Part shown: one piece after another, positions 9,540 through 19,119 of the stretch
Layout of the letters: each line of letters opens with the position of its first letter
Position numbering within the stretch: position 1 is the stretch's first letter
Assembly: GCA_020427395.1 (NCBI GenBank)
Contig: JAGQON010000006.1
Span: 42,129-106,128, forward strand
Length of the DNA stretch: 64,000 nt
Reading direction: 5' to 3'
From: Phycisphaerales bacterium
GTDB lineage: Bacteria; Planctomycetota; Phycisphaerae; Phycisphaerales; UBA1924
Program-made: the position numbers and the translations under genes
The notes under the pieces: generated by a model
Told to the model about the DNA's origin: nothing
The model's input: the letters and a program-made list of their open reading frames with translations, nothing else
The model's database searches: none

Positions 9540-9974
9540 TCACAACACACTCACACCGATGATGGTGTAAGCAATCAGGATGACAACTGCCGCAATAGGG
9601 ATCGTGATTGCAAAGTAGATTGTTTCGATTGTCAATCGTTTCTGATTTGATTGCATCAAGCGATCTTGTCGGAGAAACCAGAATGGAATCAGTGCCAAGG
9701 AGATGGTGCAGATTACATAAGCGAGGATATAGATAGCGAATGGCAAGTTGTTGTACTTGATCGAGCCGTTACCCGCGAAATAAATTGGACCAGCACCATA
9801 AACGAAGAGAAACAGTGAGATGAAGAAAACGGCAATCGTGATCGCAGTTTTCCATCGAGTCCGTTCAGTTGGTTCACGCAATGTCGGTTGAAAGTAGATG
9901 CAGCCGCACTCAGGGCATGGATCGGCACTAGGTACGCCGCTGAGATCATACTTGCACTTTCTACAGAACGGCAT
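9540..9974 (-). CDS. membrane protein with N-terminal CxxC...CxxC zinc ribbon
   Basis: The N-terminus 'MPFCRKCKYDLSGVPSADPCPECG' is followed by 3-4 TM helices. The gene is visibly AT-richer than its neighbours. Confidence 0.6.
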   Translation of the reverse strand: MPFCRKCKYDLSGVPSADPCPECGCIYFQPTLREPTERTRWKTAITIAVFFISLFLFVYGAGPIYFAGNGSIKYNNLPFAIYILAYVICTISLALIPFWFLRQDRLMQSNQKRLTIETIYFAITIPIAAVVILIAYTIIGVSVL

Positions 9975-9975
9975 A

Positions 9976-11193
9976 TCACAGCTTCTTCAACGCCTCAACC
10001 AACTGATCCACATGCTCGTTCTCATGGGCCGCCGACATCTGGATGCGAAGTCGCGCTGTGCCCTCGGGAACGACGGGGTAGCCGAAGCCGATGACGAAGA
10101 TGCCGTGCCCGAGCAGCTTCTTGGACATCGCGATGGCCTTGGCGGTGTCGCCGACGATGATGGGGCAGATCGCGGTGGGGGATTCGAGGACCTCGAACCC
10201 GGCGGCTGCGAGCTGCTTGCGGGCGTAGGTGGTGACATCGCGGAGCTTGGCCACGCGCTGGGGCTCGTTCATGAGCGTGCGGATCGCGGTGTTGGCGCTC
10301 GCAGCGACGGTCACGGGGAGGGCGTTGGAGAAGAGGGTTGGGCGGCCGCGTTGGATGATGAGTTCGACGAGGTCCTTGGAGCCCGCGATGAACCCGCCCG
10401 CGCCGCCGCCGAGTGCTTTGCCGAGGGTGCCGGTGAAGACATCGACCTTGCCGATCATGTCGTAGTGCTCGTGGGTGCCGCGCCCGGTCTTGCCCATGAC
10501 GCCGTGGCCGTGCGAGTCGTCGACGACGAGCAGCGCGTTGTACTCATCGCAGAGCTTGCGCAGCCCGGGCAGGTCAGCGATGTCGCCCTCCATGGAGAAG
10601 ACGCCGTCGGTGATGACCCAGATCTGGCCGGTGACCTCGGGGTCGTTCTTGGCTTTTTCCAGCGCCTCGCGGGCTGAGTCCATGTCGGAGTGCTTGAAGA
10701 CGCCCTTCTTCACGCCCTTCTTGATGACGGGGGTGAGTCGCATCGAGTCGATGATGCACGCGTGGTTGAGCTCGTCGGAGATGATGATGTCGCCGGCCTC
10801 GCAGCAGGTGGGGAAGAGGGCCTCGGTGGCGTTCCAGCAGGAGACGAAGGTGTAGGCGGCCTCGGTGCCCATGTACTGGGCGATGGTCTTCTCGAGGGTA
10901 AGGTGCGGGGAGAAGGTGCCGCAGATGAAGCGGACGGAGGCGGTGCCCGCGCCGTACTGGCGGAGGGCCTCGATCCCGGACTCTACGACATCAGGGTGAT
11001 TGGCGAGCCCGAGGTAGTTGTTGGAGCACATGCAGATGCGTTCGTGCTTGCTGCCGTCTTCGTCGACCATGGTCACGGTCGCGCCCATTGGGGAGTCGAG
11101 GGTCTGGAGGTGCTTGAGCTGCCCGGACGACTCGAGCATCTCGAGCGTTTCACGGGTGCGGACGGCGAATGGGGTGCTGGTGGCGGTGGTCAT
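9976..11193 (-). CDS. kbl: glycine C-acetyltransferase (2-amino-3-ketobutyrate CoA ligase)
   Basis: Strong motif-by-motif match to E. coli Kbl: 'NNYLGLANHPD', 'SVRFICGT', 'TDGVFSMEGDIA', 'DDSHG', PLP-lysine 'TGTLGKALGG', 'YPVVPEGTARLRIQMSAAH'. Start set to the ATG at 11193, preceded by GGAGAA. Confidence 0.92.
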   Translation of the reverse strand: MTTATSTPFAVRTRETLEMLESSGQLKHLQTLDSPMGATVTMVDEDGSKHERICMCSNNYLGLANHPDVVESGIEALRQYGAGTASVRFICGTFSPHLTLEKTIAQYMGTEAAYTFVSCWNATEALFPTCCEAGDIIISDELNHACIIDSMRLTPVIKKGVKKGVFKHSDMDSAREALEKAKNDPEVTGQIWVITDGVFSMEGDIADLPGLRKLCDEYNALLVVDDSHGHGVMGKTGRGTHEHYDMIGKVDVFTGTLGKALGGGAGGFIAGSKDLVELIIQRGRPTLFSNALPVTVAASANTAIRTLMNEPQRVAKLRDVTTYARKQLAAAGFEVLESPTAICPIIVGDTAKAIAMSKKLLGHGIFVIGFGYPVVPEGTARLRIQMSAAHENEHVDQLVEALKKL

Positions 11194-11262
11194 CTGGGAT
11201 TCTCCTCGGTTGCGTGGTCGATTGTACGGGGCTTTTGTGGCTTGGACGCCAACAATGCCCTG

Positions 11263-12528
11263 TTGAACAAGCACCAGAAAGCCAAACTCGAAGGGATCCT
11301 CGAATCGTTGCCCAAGGACGAGCGGGATCGGTTATACGACGAGGCGCGCCGAGCGCGGTCCGATGCGCAGAAACGCCGGGGATCCAAAGCCCGCGAGACC
11401 ATCGACGGCGAGCGCGTCGGACGCGGCAAGCGCCGACCGGATCCGCTGATCGATTGGGTCCTGCGGCTGGTCGACAAGGAATACGCGCACAAACGCGCCG
11501 AAACCGGTAGCGACGAGCAGGAGCTGGCCCAGGGCATGGTCGTCGGGCTCACTCGTCGGCGAGCGACGGTGCTGCTTGAGGGCCAGACCGAACCGATGCT
11601 GGCCCGGCTCAGCGCCGAGATGGCGGGCAAGCAGCAGTCGGCCATCGCCGTGGGCGATCGCGTGAGCATCACCGAGCTCGATCTGCCGGGCGAGGAAGAG
11701 CAGTTCGAGGTGGTCAATGTGCTGCCTCGCACGAGCAAGCTCGCTCGCCCCGATGCCCATAACCCGCAGCAGGAACGCGTCGTCGCGGCCAATGTCGATG
11801 TGGTGGTGATCGTGGTCTCGGTGGCCTCGCCGCCGCTGCACCCAAGGTTGATCGATCGCTATCTCGTCGCGGTGGAGTGGGGCGATTGCGACGCGATCAT
11901 CGCGGTCAACAAGGTCGACCTCTTGCCGTCCGATGAACTGGAAGAGACACTCAAGAAGCTCGACCCGTATCGTGACGCGGGGATCCCCATCGCGGTGTGC
12001 GCGGCCGCGCCCGGTGATGACTCGTCCTCACGCGTCGATGAGCTGCGGTCGCTGCTGGCGGGCAAGACCTGTGCGTTTGTCGGGCACTCGGGCGTGGGCA
12101 AGAGCTCGCTGGCCAACGCGCTCGACGCCAAGCTGGGCATCGAGACCGGTGCGGTGCGTGATCTCGACCAGCGTGGACGCCATACGACCACGGCCAGCGA
12201 GATGCACTTCATCGAGAATCCGGACGGCTCGCAGATTCGCGTGATCGATACGCCCGGCGTCCGGTTCTTCGGGCTCGCGGAGATCAGCCCCGATGAGCTG
12301 CGCTGGCTGTTCCCCGAGTTCGAGCCGTTTGTGCACTCGTGCAAGTTCACCGATTGTTCGCACGAGCACGAGCCGGGCTGCGCGGTGAAGGCGGCCGTCG
12401 AGCGGGGTGAGATCTCGGCGGTGCGCTATGACACCTACACGCGATTGCTCGAGGAGCTTCGCACAGGTGGCAAGCCCAAGGATGTGACCGAGCGGATCAG
12501 ACCTCGCTTCGAAGACCTCGATCTGTGA
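11263..12528 (+). CDS. rsgA: ribosome small-subunit-dependent GTPase A
   Basis: Circularly permuted GTPase motifs are 'NKVDL', 'FVGHSGVGKSSLANAL' and 'DTPGVR', with a zinc finger 'CKFTDCSHEHEPGC'. The 5' part of the 612-aa ORF is antisense to kbl and was removed. No in-frame ATG occurs until 'MVVGL', so the start (TTG 11263?) is uncertain. Confidence 0.85.
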   Translation: MNKHQKAKLEGILESLPKDERDRLYDEARRARSDAQKRRGSKARETIDGERVGRGKRRPDPLIDWVLRLVDKEYAHKRAETGSDEQELAQGMVVGLTRRRATVLLEGQTEPMLARLSAEMAGKQQSAIAVGDRVSITELDLPGEEEQFEVVNVLPRTSKLARPDAHNPQQERVVAANVDVVVIVVSVASPPLHPRLIDRYLVAVEWGDCDAIIAVNKVDLLPSDELEETLKKLDPYRDAGIPIAVCAAAPGDDSSSRVDELRSLLAGKTCAFVGHSGVGKSSLANALDAKLGIETGAVRDLDQRGRHTTTASEMHFIENPDGSQIRVIDTPGVRFFGLAEISPDELRWLFPEFEPFVHSCKFTDCSHEHEPGCAVKAAVERGEISAVRYDTYTRLLEELRTGGKPKDVTERIRPRFEDLDL

Positions 12529-12686
12529 AATCAGTTTCCGAGTTCGGTGCCAGGTTTGTTGCTGCGCTGTTCGCATATCCGCGAGCAAGAAGTCGCTGAA
12601 ATTGATCCAAGCGAGCGTTTCCGCGACGGGTGCCGAGCCCCGCGCGGTACACTGCGTTCGGCAACATCACACGCACGGAGGGAACC

Positions 12687-14660
12687 ATGTCACGCATCCT
12701 GATTGCATCGGTACTGTCGTGCGCCGCTTCTGTTTCATTGGCGCAGGTTGATTTCTCGCACGATTTCGGTACGGCGGGAGCGCCGGGATCCGGGGTGAAC
12801 GGCGCGCCCAACGCGGGCGAGGTGTTTACCGCCGCGGCTGGGACCAACTTCCGCAATATTGATCTGCTGGCATTGGGGCTCGTGCCCGGCGATAACATCG
12901 ACGCGTTCGATCGCGGCGATGTCGGCAACTCGATCTCGGGGGTGATGCAGTACCCGTTCCTGTTCTCGGTTGAGCCTGGCGCGGTGGGTGAGCGTCCGTA
13001 CCCGGTATGGGCCCAGGCCCCGTTCAACGCGGCGGATATCTACGCGATACGCCAAGGGACCACAGGTCACGAGCTGGCGTACAACGAGCCGGTGCTCGGG
13101 CTCAATACCGCGATCGATGATTCGATCGATGCGATGACGGATTCGATGGTGACTCCCGGGCAGCGGGTCTACTTCTCGCTCCAGCAGGGTTCGCCCACGC
13201 TGCTGGGCAACGCATGGTCGGGCGCGGACATCCTCACGGTGGTGATCGGTGTGCCTGGCTCGCTGCGGCGGGCCGCGAGCGCCAATGACATCGGGTTGAT
13301 CCCGGCCGACGAGCTTGATGGGCTGGCGATGTACGGGCGGATCGACGCGAACGGCAACGGGGTCTTCGATGACCCTGCCGATCACGCGGCCGTCTATTTC
13401 TCCGTCGATGAAACCAGCGTGGGCGTGCCGGGCAGCGATGTGCGCACACGATCGCTGACCTCGCCGTTCCATGGCGGCGATATCTACAAAACCGCGCTCA
13501 GCGGCGGGCACCATGTCTTGTACGAGGCCGAGAAACTGATCCGGCTCGGTGCGGGTGATGTGCTCGACGCGCTCAAGCTCGGTTCGCTCGACCCGACGGA
13601 CCCGTTCCCGTTGTACCGGGCCGGTGGGCCCAATCCGGGAGATCAGCCGCGTAAGCCGGTGAACTGTCCTCCGTACCGCGGCATCGGTGTCCCGATCGGC
13701 TGCATCTGGATCGAGATCTGCGATACGCCGCTTCCGGCGATTGTGAACTGGTCGGTGAAGATCAAGTTGTGCAGAGCAGACGGCACAACGATGGAGGTCG
13801 ATGCCGCGGACATCATCAAGGGCCTGGGGAACGGCAACCCTGACGCCAAAGCCGACGCGATCGCTCAGATCTTTGCGTCGCTGAGCATCCCTAAGCCGGG
13901 CGAGAATCCCGATGTGATCCCCATCTTCAAGCAGGTGACGAAATCGGTGCCACCGATGAATGTCATGGGCAACAACATCACCGGCGAGGTCTGCATGTTC
14001 GTCAATCAGGACCTGATCGACTGCGGCTGGAATGTCGACGCCATCTGTTTCTCATTCAGCAACTGGACCGCCTCGATCATCCCCAAGCCCGTGATTGGCT
14101 GGTTCCCCGATGCTCGGCGCTGCTATGTGTTCTCGCTCGACGGGGTCGCCAAGGAAGAAGGGCTTGTCCGTGTGACCAGCCGCGATGCGCTCGGTGACGG
14201 AGGGCTGGAGATGGCCTTTGTCACGCCTATCCTGCCCGGCACGTTTGGGGCGGATGTGCTGCCGGCGATCGCGTCACAGATCAATGATTTCGGCGGGCTC
14301 GCCTCGATCGGTTCCGATGGCTGCCTCATCATCGAGCATGTCGGCGCAGAGCCGCCTGCTGGCAGCGACGGCAGCTATGGCCCATTGATTATCGAGATGG
14401 GCGCTCTTTCTATCCCATCGCTGGCGGTCAATATCGAGGTCAAGCTTCGGCGTGGCCCGCTGAGTCCATGCAACGCCGTCGATTATGCTGAGCCTTTCGG
14501 GCAGCTGAACTTCTTTGATGTCTCCGCGTTCCTGATGGCCTACATGAACCAATCGGGCGAGGCGGATCTGGCATACGACGGCGAGTTCAACTTCTTCGAT
14601 GTGAGCACCTTCCTGCAGCTATACGCGCAGGGCTGCCCCGATCAGGGCAGCGACGGCTGA
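12687..14660 (+). CDS. large secreted protein with C-terminal GC-type dockerin-like double repeat
   Basis: Signal peptide 'MSRILIASVLSCAASVSLAQ' follows a GGAGGG SD. The C-terminus is 'CNAVDY...LNFFDVSAFLMAYM...AYDGEFNFFDVSTFLQLYAQGCPDQGSDG*'. The N-terminal domains were not recognised. Confidence 0.8.
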   Translation: MSRILIASVLSCAASVSLAQVDFSHDFGTAGAPGSGVNGAPNAGEVFTAAAGTNFRNIDLLALGLVPGDNIDAFDRGDVGNSISGVMQYPFLFSVEPGAVGERPYPVWAQAPFNAADIYAIRQGTTGHELAYNEPVLGLNTAIDDSIDAMTDSMVTPGQRVYFSLQQGSPTLLGNAWSGADILTVVIGVPGSLRRAASANDIGLIPADELDGLAMYGRIDANGNGVFDDPADHAAVYFSVDETSVGVPGSDVRTRSLTSPFHGGDIYKTALSGGHHVLYEAEKLIRLGAGDVLDALKLGSLDPTDPFPLYRAGGPNPGDQPRKPVNCPPYRGIGVPIGCIWIEICDTPLPAIVNWSVKIKLCRADGTTMEVDAADIIKGLGNGNPDAKADAIAQIFASLSIPKPGENPDVIPIFKQVTKSVPPMNVMGNNITGEVCMFVNQDLIDCGWNVDAICFSFSNWTASIIPKPVIGWFPDARRCYVFSLDGVAKEEGLVRVTSRDALGDGGLEMAFVTPILPGTFGADVLPAIASQINDFGGLASIGSDGCLIIEHVGAEPPAGSDGSYGPLIIEMGALSIPSLAVNIEVKLRRGPLSPCNAVDYAEPFGQLNFFDVSAFLMAYMNQSGEADLAYDGEFNFFDVSTFLQLYAQGCPDQGSDG

Positions 14661-14768
14661 GCGTCAAGAGGTAAACACACGAAAAAACCACTGGCGCCCC
14701 CCTCTCGAGGTTGACGCCAAGTGGCTCGTGTGGCAATGGGTTGTCGATACCGATCCTGTGCCTGGTGA

Positions 14769-16556
14769 TCAGGGCATCAGGGCGGTGCGGTAGTCGCGGA
14801 TGAACGCGGCCACATCGAAGAAGTTCAATGCCAGGTCGCCGTTCTGGTCCGCGCCCAGGTCGGCGTTGGTGTAAAGACTCAGGAACGCGAAGACATCGTT
14901 GAAGTCGGTCACGCCGTCGGCCGCGTAGTCGACAGGGGTCGCTGGTGCGTTGATGGTCATGATCTGATCGGCGGGGACATCGCTGAGTGTGGTGTAGGAG
15001 CCGTCGGGCCACTGGACTTGGACGATGTCGATGGTGGTTGAATCGTCGAGTCCTGCGTGCACCTCGACGGGCGACGAGCAGGAGTGGTTGGCGCCGCAGT
15101 TCATGCTCAGCAGACGCGAGTAGTCGCCGGTGTAGAGGCGGATCATCGCGCCGATACCCTGAGGCGCGAGCGTGTCGCGGGCGCTGGTGTCGAGCTTGAT
15201 GCGGACCCAGTTGCGGTCAGCACCGGTGCTGTTGTCCATGATCGTCTGATTCTCGAACAGGCGCATGCGTCCGACATTTTCGTAGATCACGATGTCGAGG
15301 TCGCCGTCGTTGTCGTAGTCGATGCGTGACATGCCGCGACCCTGCCCGGTGTGCAGGAAGCCGGCGTCCTGTGCGACTTCATTGAAGGTGTCGCCGTCGC
15401 CGAGGTTTTCAAAGAGCACGGCCGGGCGGCCGTTGTAGTCCCCGCCGAAGCCGTTGGTCTCTGCGAGATCCAGGTCACGGTCGTGGTCAAAGTCCTGCAT
15501 CAGCACGCCCCAGCCCCAGTAGCCCGAGTAGGTGCCGTTGTCCCGGGCCGTGTTCTCAAACGAGCCGTCCGGCTGCTGGATGAGCAGGACATTGCCCGGG
15601 CCGTTGGTGGTGGTGTAGGTGATCGACGAGATGTACATGTCGAGGCGACCGTCGTTGTTGATGTCCCCAACATCGACGCCCATAGCGCTGGCGGTTTCGA
15701 TGCCGTGCACGCTGGAGGTGATATCGGTGAAGGTCCCGTCGCCGTCGTTGATGTAGACCCGCGAGCGACCGGTGTCGGCCACGAGGATCAGGTCGGGTCG
15801 CAGGTCGCCGTTGATGTCCACGAAGCGCGGGATGAACCCTGGCACCTCGACCTGCTCGAGCTCGGCCTCGACGGTGACATCGGTGAAGCTGTAGTTGTTC
15901 TCTGGGCCGTTGTTGCGGAACAGGCGGTTGCATGGGCGCGATTCGTTGTAGCCGCACACGAACAGATCGAGGTCGCCGTCGAGGTCGTAATCGCCCCATC
16001 CCGAGCCGATGCCGTCTCGTGTTGTGCCATAGAGGCGGTTGACACCACATTCGATGGCAACATCCGTGAAGGAGAAGTTGCCGTTGGCGTCCGGGCCGTT
16101 GTTCTTGTAAAGCAGCATCTTGCCCGCAGCGGGTGTAAAGGCGGCGCTGCCGTAGGAGGTCACGAAGATATCGAGGTATCCGTCGTTGTTGAAATCCGCG
16201 GCCGAGGCCCCGAAGGAGTAGTTGGCATAATCCACGCCCCAATCGGATGCCTGTTCGCTGAAGGTCCCGTCGGTGTTGTTGATGAAGAGGTAGTCGGGCA
16301 CGCCGCCGCCGGCGAGCATGAAGATGTCGTGGTAGCCGTCGTTGTTGAAGTCACCCACAACCCCGCCGCCGTGCATGCTGATATATCGGCTGGCGGGCGC
16401 TACGGCGCGGACGGCACCGGCGAGCCCGGCCTGATCGGAGACCTCGGCGAACTGCAGGCGGGACTGGGCGTTGAGATCGGCTGCGAGCAACGCGAGCGGG
16501 AGTGTCGCGCCGGCAAGATGAAGAACGGAGGAACGCAAACCATCAGAGCGTTTCAT
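14769..16556 (-). CDS. CRTAC1/ASPIC-UnbV family FG-GAP (VCBS) repeat protein with degenerate dockerin-like tail
   Basis: Repeated 'DFNNDGYxDIF', 'DYDLDGDLDLF', 'DINGDLRPDL', 'DINNDGRLDMY' and 'DYDNDGDLDIV' blades. The UnbV_ASPIC-like segment is 'NWVRIKL...GIGAMIRLYTG...SSPVEVHAGL'. The tail is 'DFNDVFAFLSLY...NFFDVAAFIRDY', without the terminal GCP. Confidence 0.85.
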   Translation of the reverse strand: MKRSDGLRSSVLHLAGATLPLALLAADLNAQSRLQFAEVSDQAGLAGAVRAVAPASRYISMHGGGVVGDFNNDGYHDIFMLAGGGVPDYLFINNTDGTFSEQASDWGVDYANYSFGASAADFNNDGYLDIFVTSYGSAAFTPAAGKMLLYKNNGPDANGNFSFTDVAIECGVNRLYGTTRDGIGSGWGDYDLDGDLDLFVCGYNESRPCNRLFRNNGPENNYSFTDVTVEAELEQVEVPGFIPRFVDINGDLRPDLILVADTGRSRVYINDGDGTFTDITSSVHGIETASAMGVDVGDINNDGRLDMYISSITYTTTNGPGNVLLIQQPDGSFENTARDNGTYSGYWGWGVLMQDFDHDRDLDLAETNGFGGDYNGRPAVLFENLGDGDTFNEVAQDAGFLHTGQGRGMSRIDYDNDGDLDIVIYENVGRMRLFENQTIMDNSTGADRNWVRIKLDTSARDTLAPQGIGAMIRLYTGDYSRLLSMNCGANHSCSSPVEVHAGLDDSTTIDIVQVQWPDGSYTTLSDVPADQIMTINAPATPVDYAADGVTDFNDVFAFLSLYTNADLGADQNGDLALNFFDVAAFIRDYRTALMP

Positions 16557-16999
16557 GTCAGACCCCACACGAGTTGGGTCCCACGCGATAAGGGCACACC
16601 GGAGCGTGCTTGGGCGCAGAACAACACATCGGCTTGTGCTCGCGACCGATCCACACGAGAAATCGGTCGGTCATCGGGGGCTGCCCCTGGGCAGGCGATG
16701 ATCAACACGGTGTGGGTTCTGGGCGTGCACGGCGCTTCATCGCCGGGAATCCGGCTCGGCGCGGGTCTCGACCTGTCGGGAGACCTCTATCATGGTCCGG
16801 CGAGGTGTTCGCATTCGAGCAGAACGCAGAAACCCCTGTGAGCCGACGCACATTGTGCGAACGGTGAACACATCGCCAGAATCATGTCGTGCTCTCAAAA
16901 ACCCCCACGGTGTTCGAGAACGGAACAACGCTATGTATATCAGATCGTCCGCTGGCGTGCAAGAGAATTCACAGCGGGATTCTGGCGGGAGATCGATCG

Positions 17000-18505
17000 A
17001 TGACGATGCCAAAAACGGAGGGTGCGAGCGGGTTTGGCTCGGGCTACACCCCGGAGCAGTTTTCTCGGGCTCTGGGGCAGCTGGAGGCATGGGCCAGGGG
17101 GTACATCCAGTCCCTGCCCGAGCGTGCGGTCGATCAGCACCCGGCCCCGGGCGAAACGCTGGCCCGCCTCGATGCCCACCCGCCGCAGATCGGCGAGGGC
17201 ATGGCCCTCTGGGATCGTGCGGGCGATGAGCTGCGATCCACGATCGAGCCCGGGCTGGTTCACTGGCAATCGCCCAACTTCTTTGCCTACTTCCCCTGCA
17301 GCTCTTCGCTGCCCGGGGTCATGGGCGAGCTGGCTAGCGCGGTGCTCAATGTCAACGGCATGCTCTGGTCCACATCGCCCAGCGCGACCGAGCTGGAGAT
17401 GCGGGTCCTCGATTGGTGCGCCGAGCTCTTCGGGCTCCCTGAGCAGTTCCGGTTCGACGCCCCGGGCTCAAAGGGCGGCGGATGCATCCAGGGCACCGCC
17501 AGCGAGGGTGTGCTCGCGGCGTTGTGCGCGGCCCGCAAGCGCATGGTTGATACCGGGCGGGATCGCTCGAGCATGTGCATCTACACCTCCGACCAGGCCC
17601 ACTCGTCGATCGTCAAAGCCGCGATGGTCGCCGGGCTCGCAGACGGGCCGGACGACCGATCTCGGGTCCGCCTGATCCCGACCGACTCGATGCTCCGCAT
17701 GGATGTCACGGCGTTACTCGACGCGATCAAGCAGGATCAGTTCTCGGGGCTCACGCCCTGCATGGTCAGCACGACGCAGGGAACAACCTCGACGGGCGCG
17801 TTCGATCCGCTGGGGCGGATCGGTGAGCATCTGTCGGGCATGCCCGAGTCCAAGCGCCCGTGGCTGCATGTCGATGCCGCGTGGGCCGGTGTGGCGGCGG
17901 TGTGCGAGGAGCACCGGCGCGTGCTCGACGGGGTGCAGCACGCGGACTCGCTGTGCATCAACCCGCACAAGTGGATGATGACCAACTTCGACTGCGACCT
18001 GTTCTGGGTCCGTGACAGGGTCGCGCTGACCAGCGCGATGAGCATCACGCCCGCGTACCTGCGCAACGAGCAGAGCGATTCGGGGCAGGTCCTCGATTAC
18101 CGCGACTGGCATGTCCCGCTCGGGCGGAGCATGCGGGCGCTCAAGTTGTGGTGGGTGATCCGCTACTTTGGTCGCGACGGGCTGGCGGCCCACATCAGAC
18201 AGCACGAGCGACTGGCGTGGCGGTTCGAGCAGTATGTCGAGAACGAACCACGACTGCGGCTGGTCTTCGAACGCACCCTCGGGCTGGTCTGCTTTGTCGT
18301 ACAGGGAGACGACGATCGCACACGGCGGCTCATCGAGACCGTCAACCGGCGTGGGCGGGTGATGGTCTCGCACACCCGTGTGCCCATCGGCAGTGAGACG
18401 CGATGGGTAGCCCGGGTGGCGGTGGGGTCGAGCTTCGCCAGCGAGCAAAGCATCGGCCGTCTGATCGAGGAGATCGACGCTGTCCTCCCGGAGGTGGTAG
18501 AGTGA
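17000..18505 (+). CDS. group II PLP-dependent (aromatic-L-amino-acid/tyrosine-type) decarboxylase
   Basis: Motifs 'HWQSPNFFAYFP', 'SATELEMRVLDW', 'GTASEGVL', PLP-lysine motif 'NPHKWM' and 'FDCDLFWV'. Start trimmed to the ATG at 17000. Confidence 0.88.
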   Translation: MTMPKTEGASGFGSGYTPEQFSRALGQLEAWARGYIQSLPERAVDQHPAPGETLARLDAHPPQIGEGMALWDRAGDELRSTIEPGLVHWQSPNFFAYFPCSSSLPGVMGELASAVLNVNGMLWSTSPSATELEMRVLDWCAELFGLPEQFRFDAPGSKGGGCIQGTASEGVLAALCAARKRMVDTGRDRSSMCIYTSDQAHSSIVKAAMVAGLADGPDDRSRVRLIPTDSMLRMDVTALLDAIKQDQFSGLTPCMVSTTQGTTSTGAFDPLGRIGEHLSGMPESKRPWLHVDAAWAGVAAVCEEHRRVLDGVQHADSLCINPHKWMMTNFDCDLFWVRDRVALTSAMSITPAYLRNEQSDSGQVLDYRDWHVPLGRSMRALKLWWVIRYFGRDGLAAHIRQHERLAWRFEQYVENEPRLRLVFERTLGLVCFVVQGDDDRTRRLIETVNRRGRVMVSHTRVPIGSETRWVARVAVGSSFASEQSIGRLIEEIDAVLPEVVE

Positions 18506-19119
18506 TGGTGATGAAGAGCGTCAAGAACAGCCGTGCAACCGTCCGACTCGCCCTGCTGCTGATTGCCTCGGGCGGGCTCGCGGGGTGCTCAGCGCCCGCG
18601 ACGCGGGGAGGGGATGTGGTTTCCGGTGGCAGCGTCATCATGCGAATCGATGATGAATCACCCTCGCGCGTGATCGACGCGGTCCGCGATACGCTCATGG
18701 ACTACCGGTTCGGGCTCGACCGGATCGACGCCCAGCGGGGTGTGATCACGACACATCCCAAGCGTACGGCCGGGCTCGCCTCACCCTGGGATCAGGAGCA
18801 GAGCGGGCTGGGGCAGGAGTTTGAGGACCTGCTCAACGAGCAGCGCCGGATCGTGCGGGTCGAGTTCGATCCCGCGTCCGAGGGCAAAGTGACGGTCGAT
18901 GCGCTCCGCGTTACGGTTGAGTTGTTGCGGACGCATCGCCCATTCTGGCGTGTGCAGAGCGAGAGCGTGCGGCTCTCATCGCACGCGCGATCGCGCGATG
19001 CGATGGGGCGGGCCGAGCCGGGCCACAGCACAGAGATCATCGGTCTCGATGAGCAGCTGGCGCAACGCATCGCCGTGGCGATCGACGAGCGGATCAGGAG
19101 TGCAGCGGGCGAGCAGTAG
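18505..19119 (+). CDS. lipoprotein, function unknown
   Basis: The signal and lipobox are 'MVMKSVKNSRATVRLALLLIASGGLAGC'. The start ATG overlaps the decarboxylase TGA (ATGA). Confidence 0.65.
   Translation: MVMKSVKNSRATVRLALLLIASGGLAGCSAPATRGGDVVSGGSVIMRIDDESPSRVIDAVRDTLMDYRFGLDRIDAQRGVITTHPKRTAGLASPWDQEQSGLGQEFEDLLNEQRRIVRVEFDPASEGKVTVDALRVTVELLRTHRPFWRVQSESVRLSSHARSRDAMGRAEPGHSTEIIGLDEQLAQRIAVAIDERIRSAAGEQ

Noticed and set aside
10690-11262. N-terminal 190 codons of the 612-aa ORF that contains rsgA
   Set aside because: This part is antisense to kbl and G/A/E/V-rich. The RsgA homology begins well after 11.3 kb.
14688-14724. Possible bidirectional terminator between convergent dockerin genes (CCACTGGCG ... 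CGCCAAGTGG)
   Set aside because: The stem is imperfect (one bulge), the loop is about 18 nt and there is no T-tract on one side. That is too weak to call.
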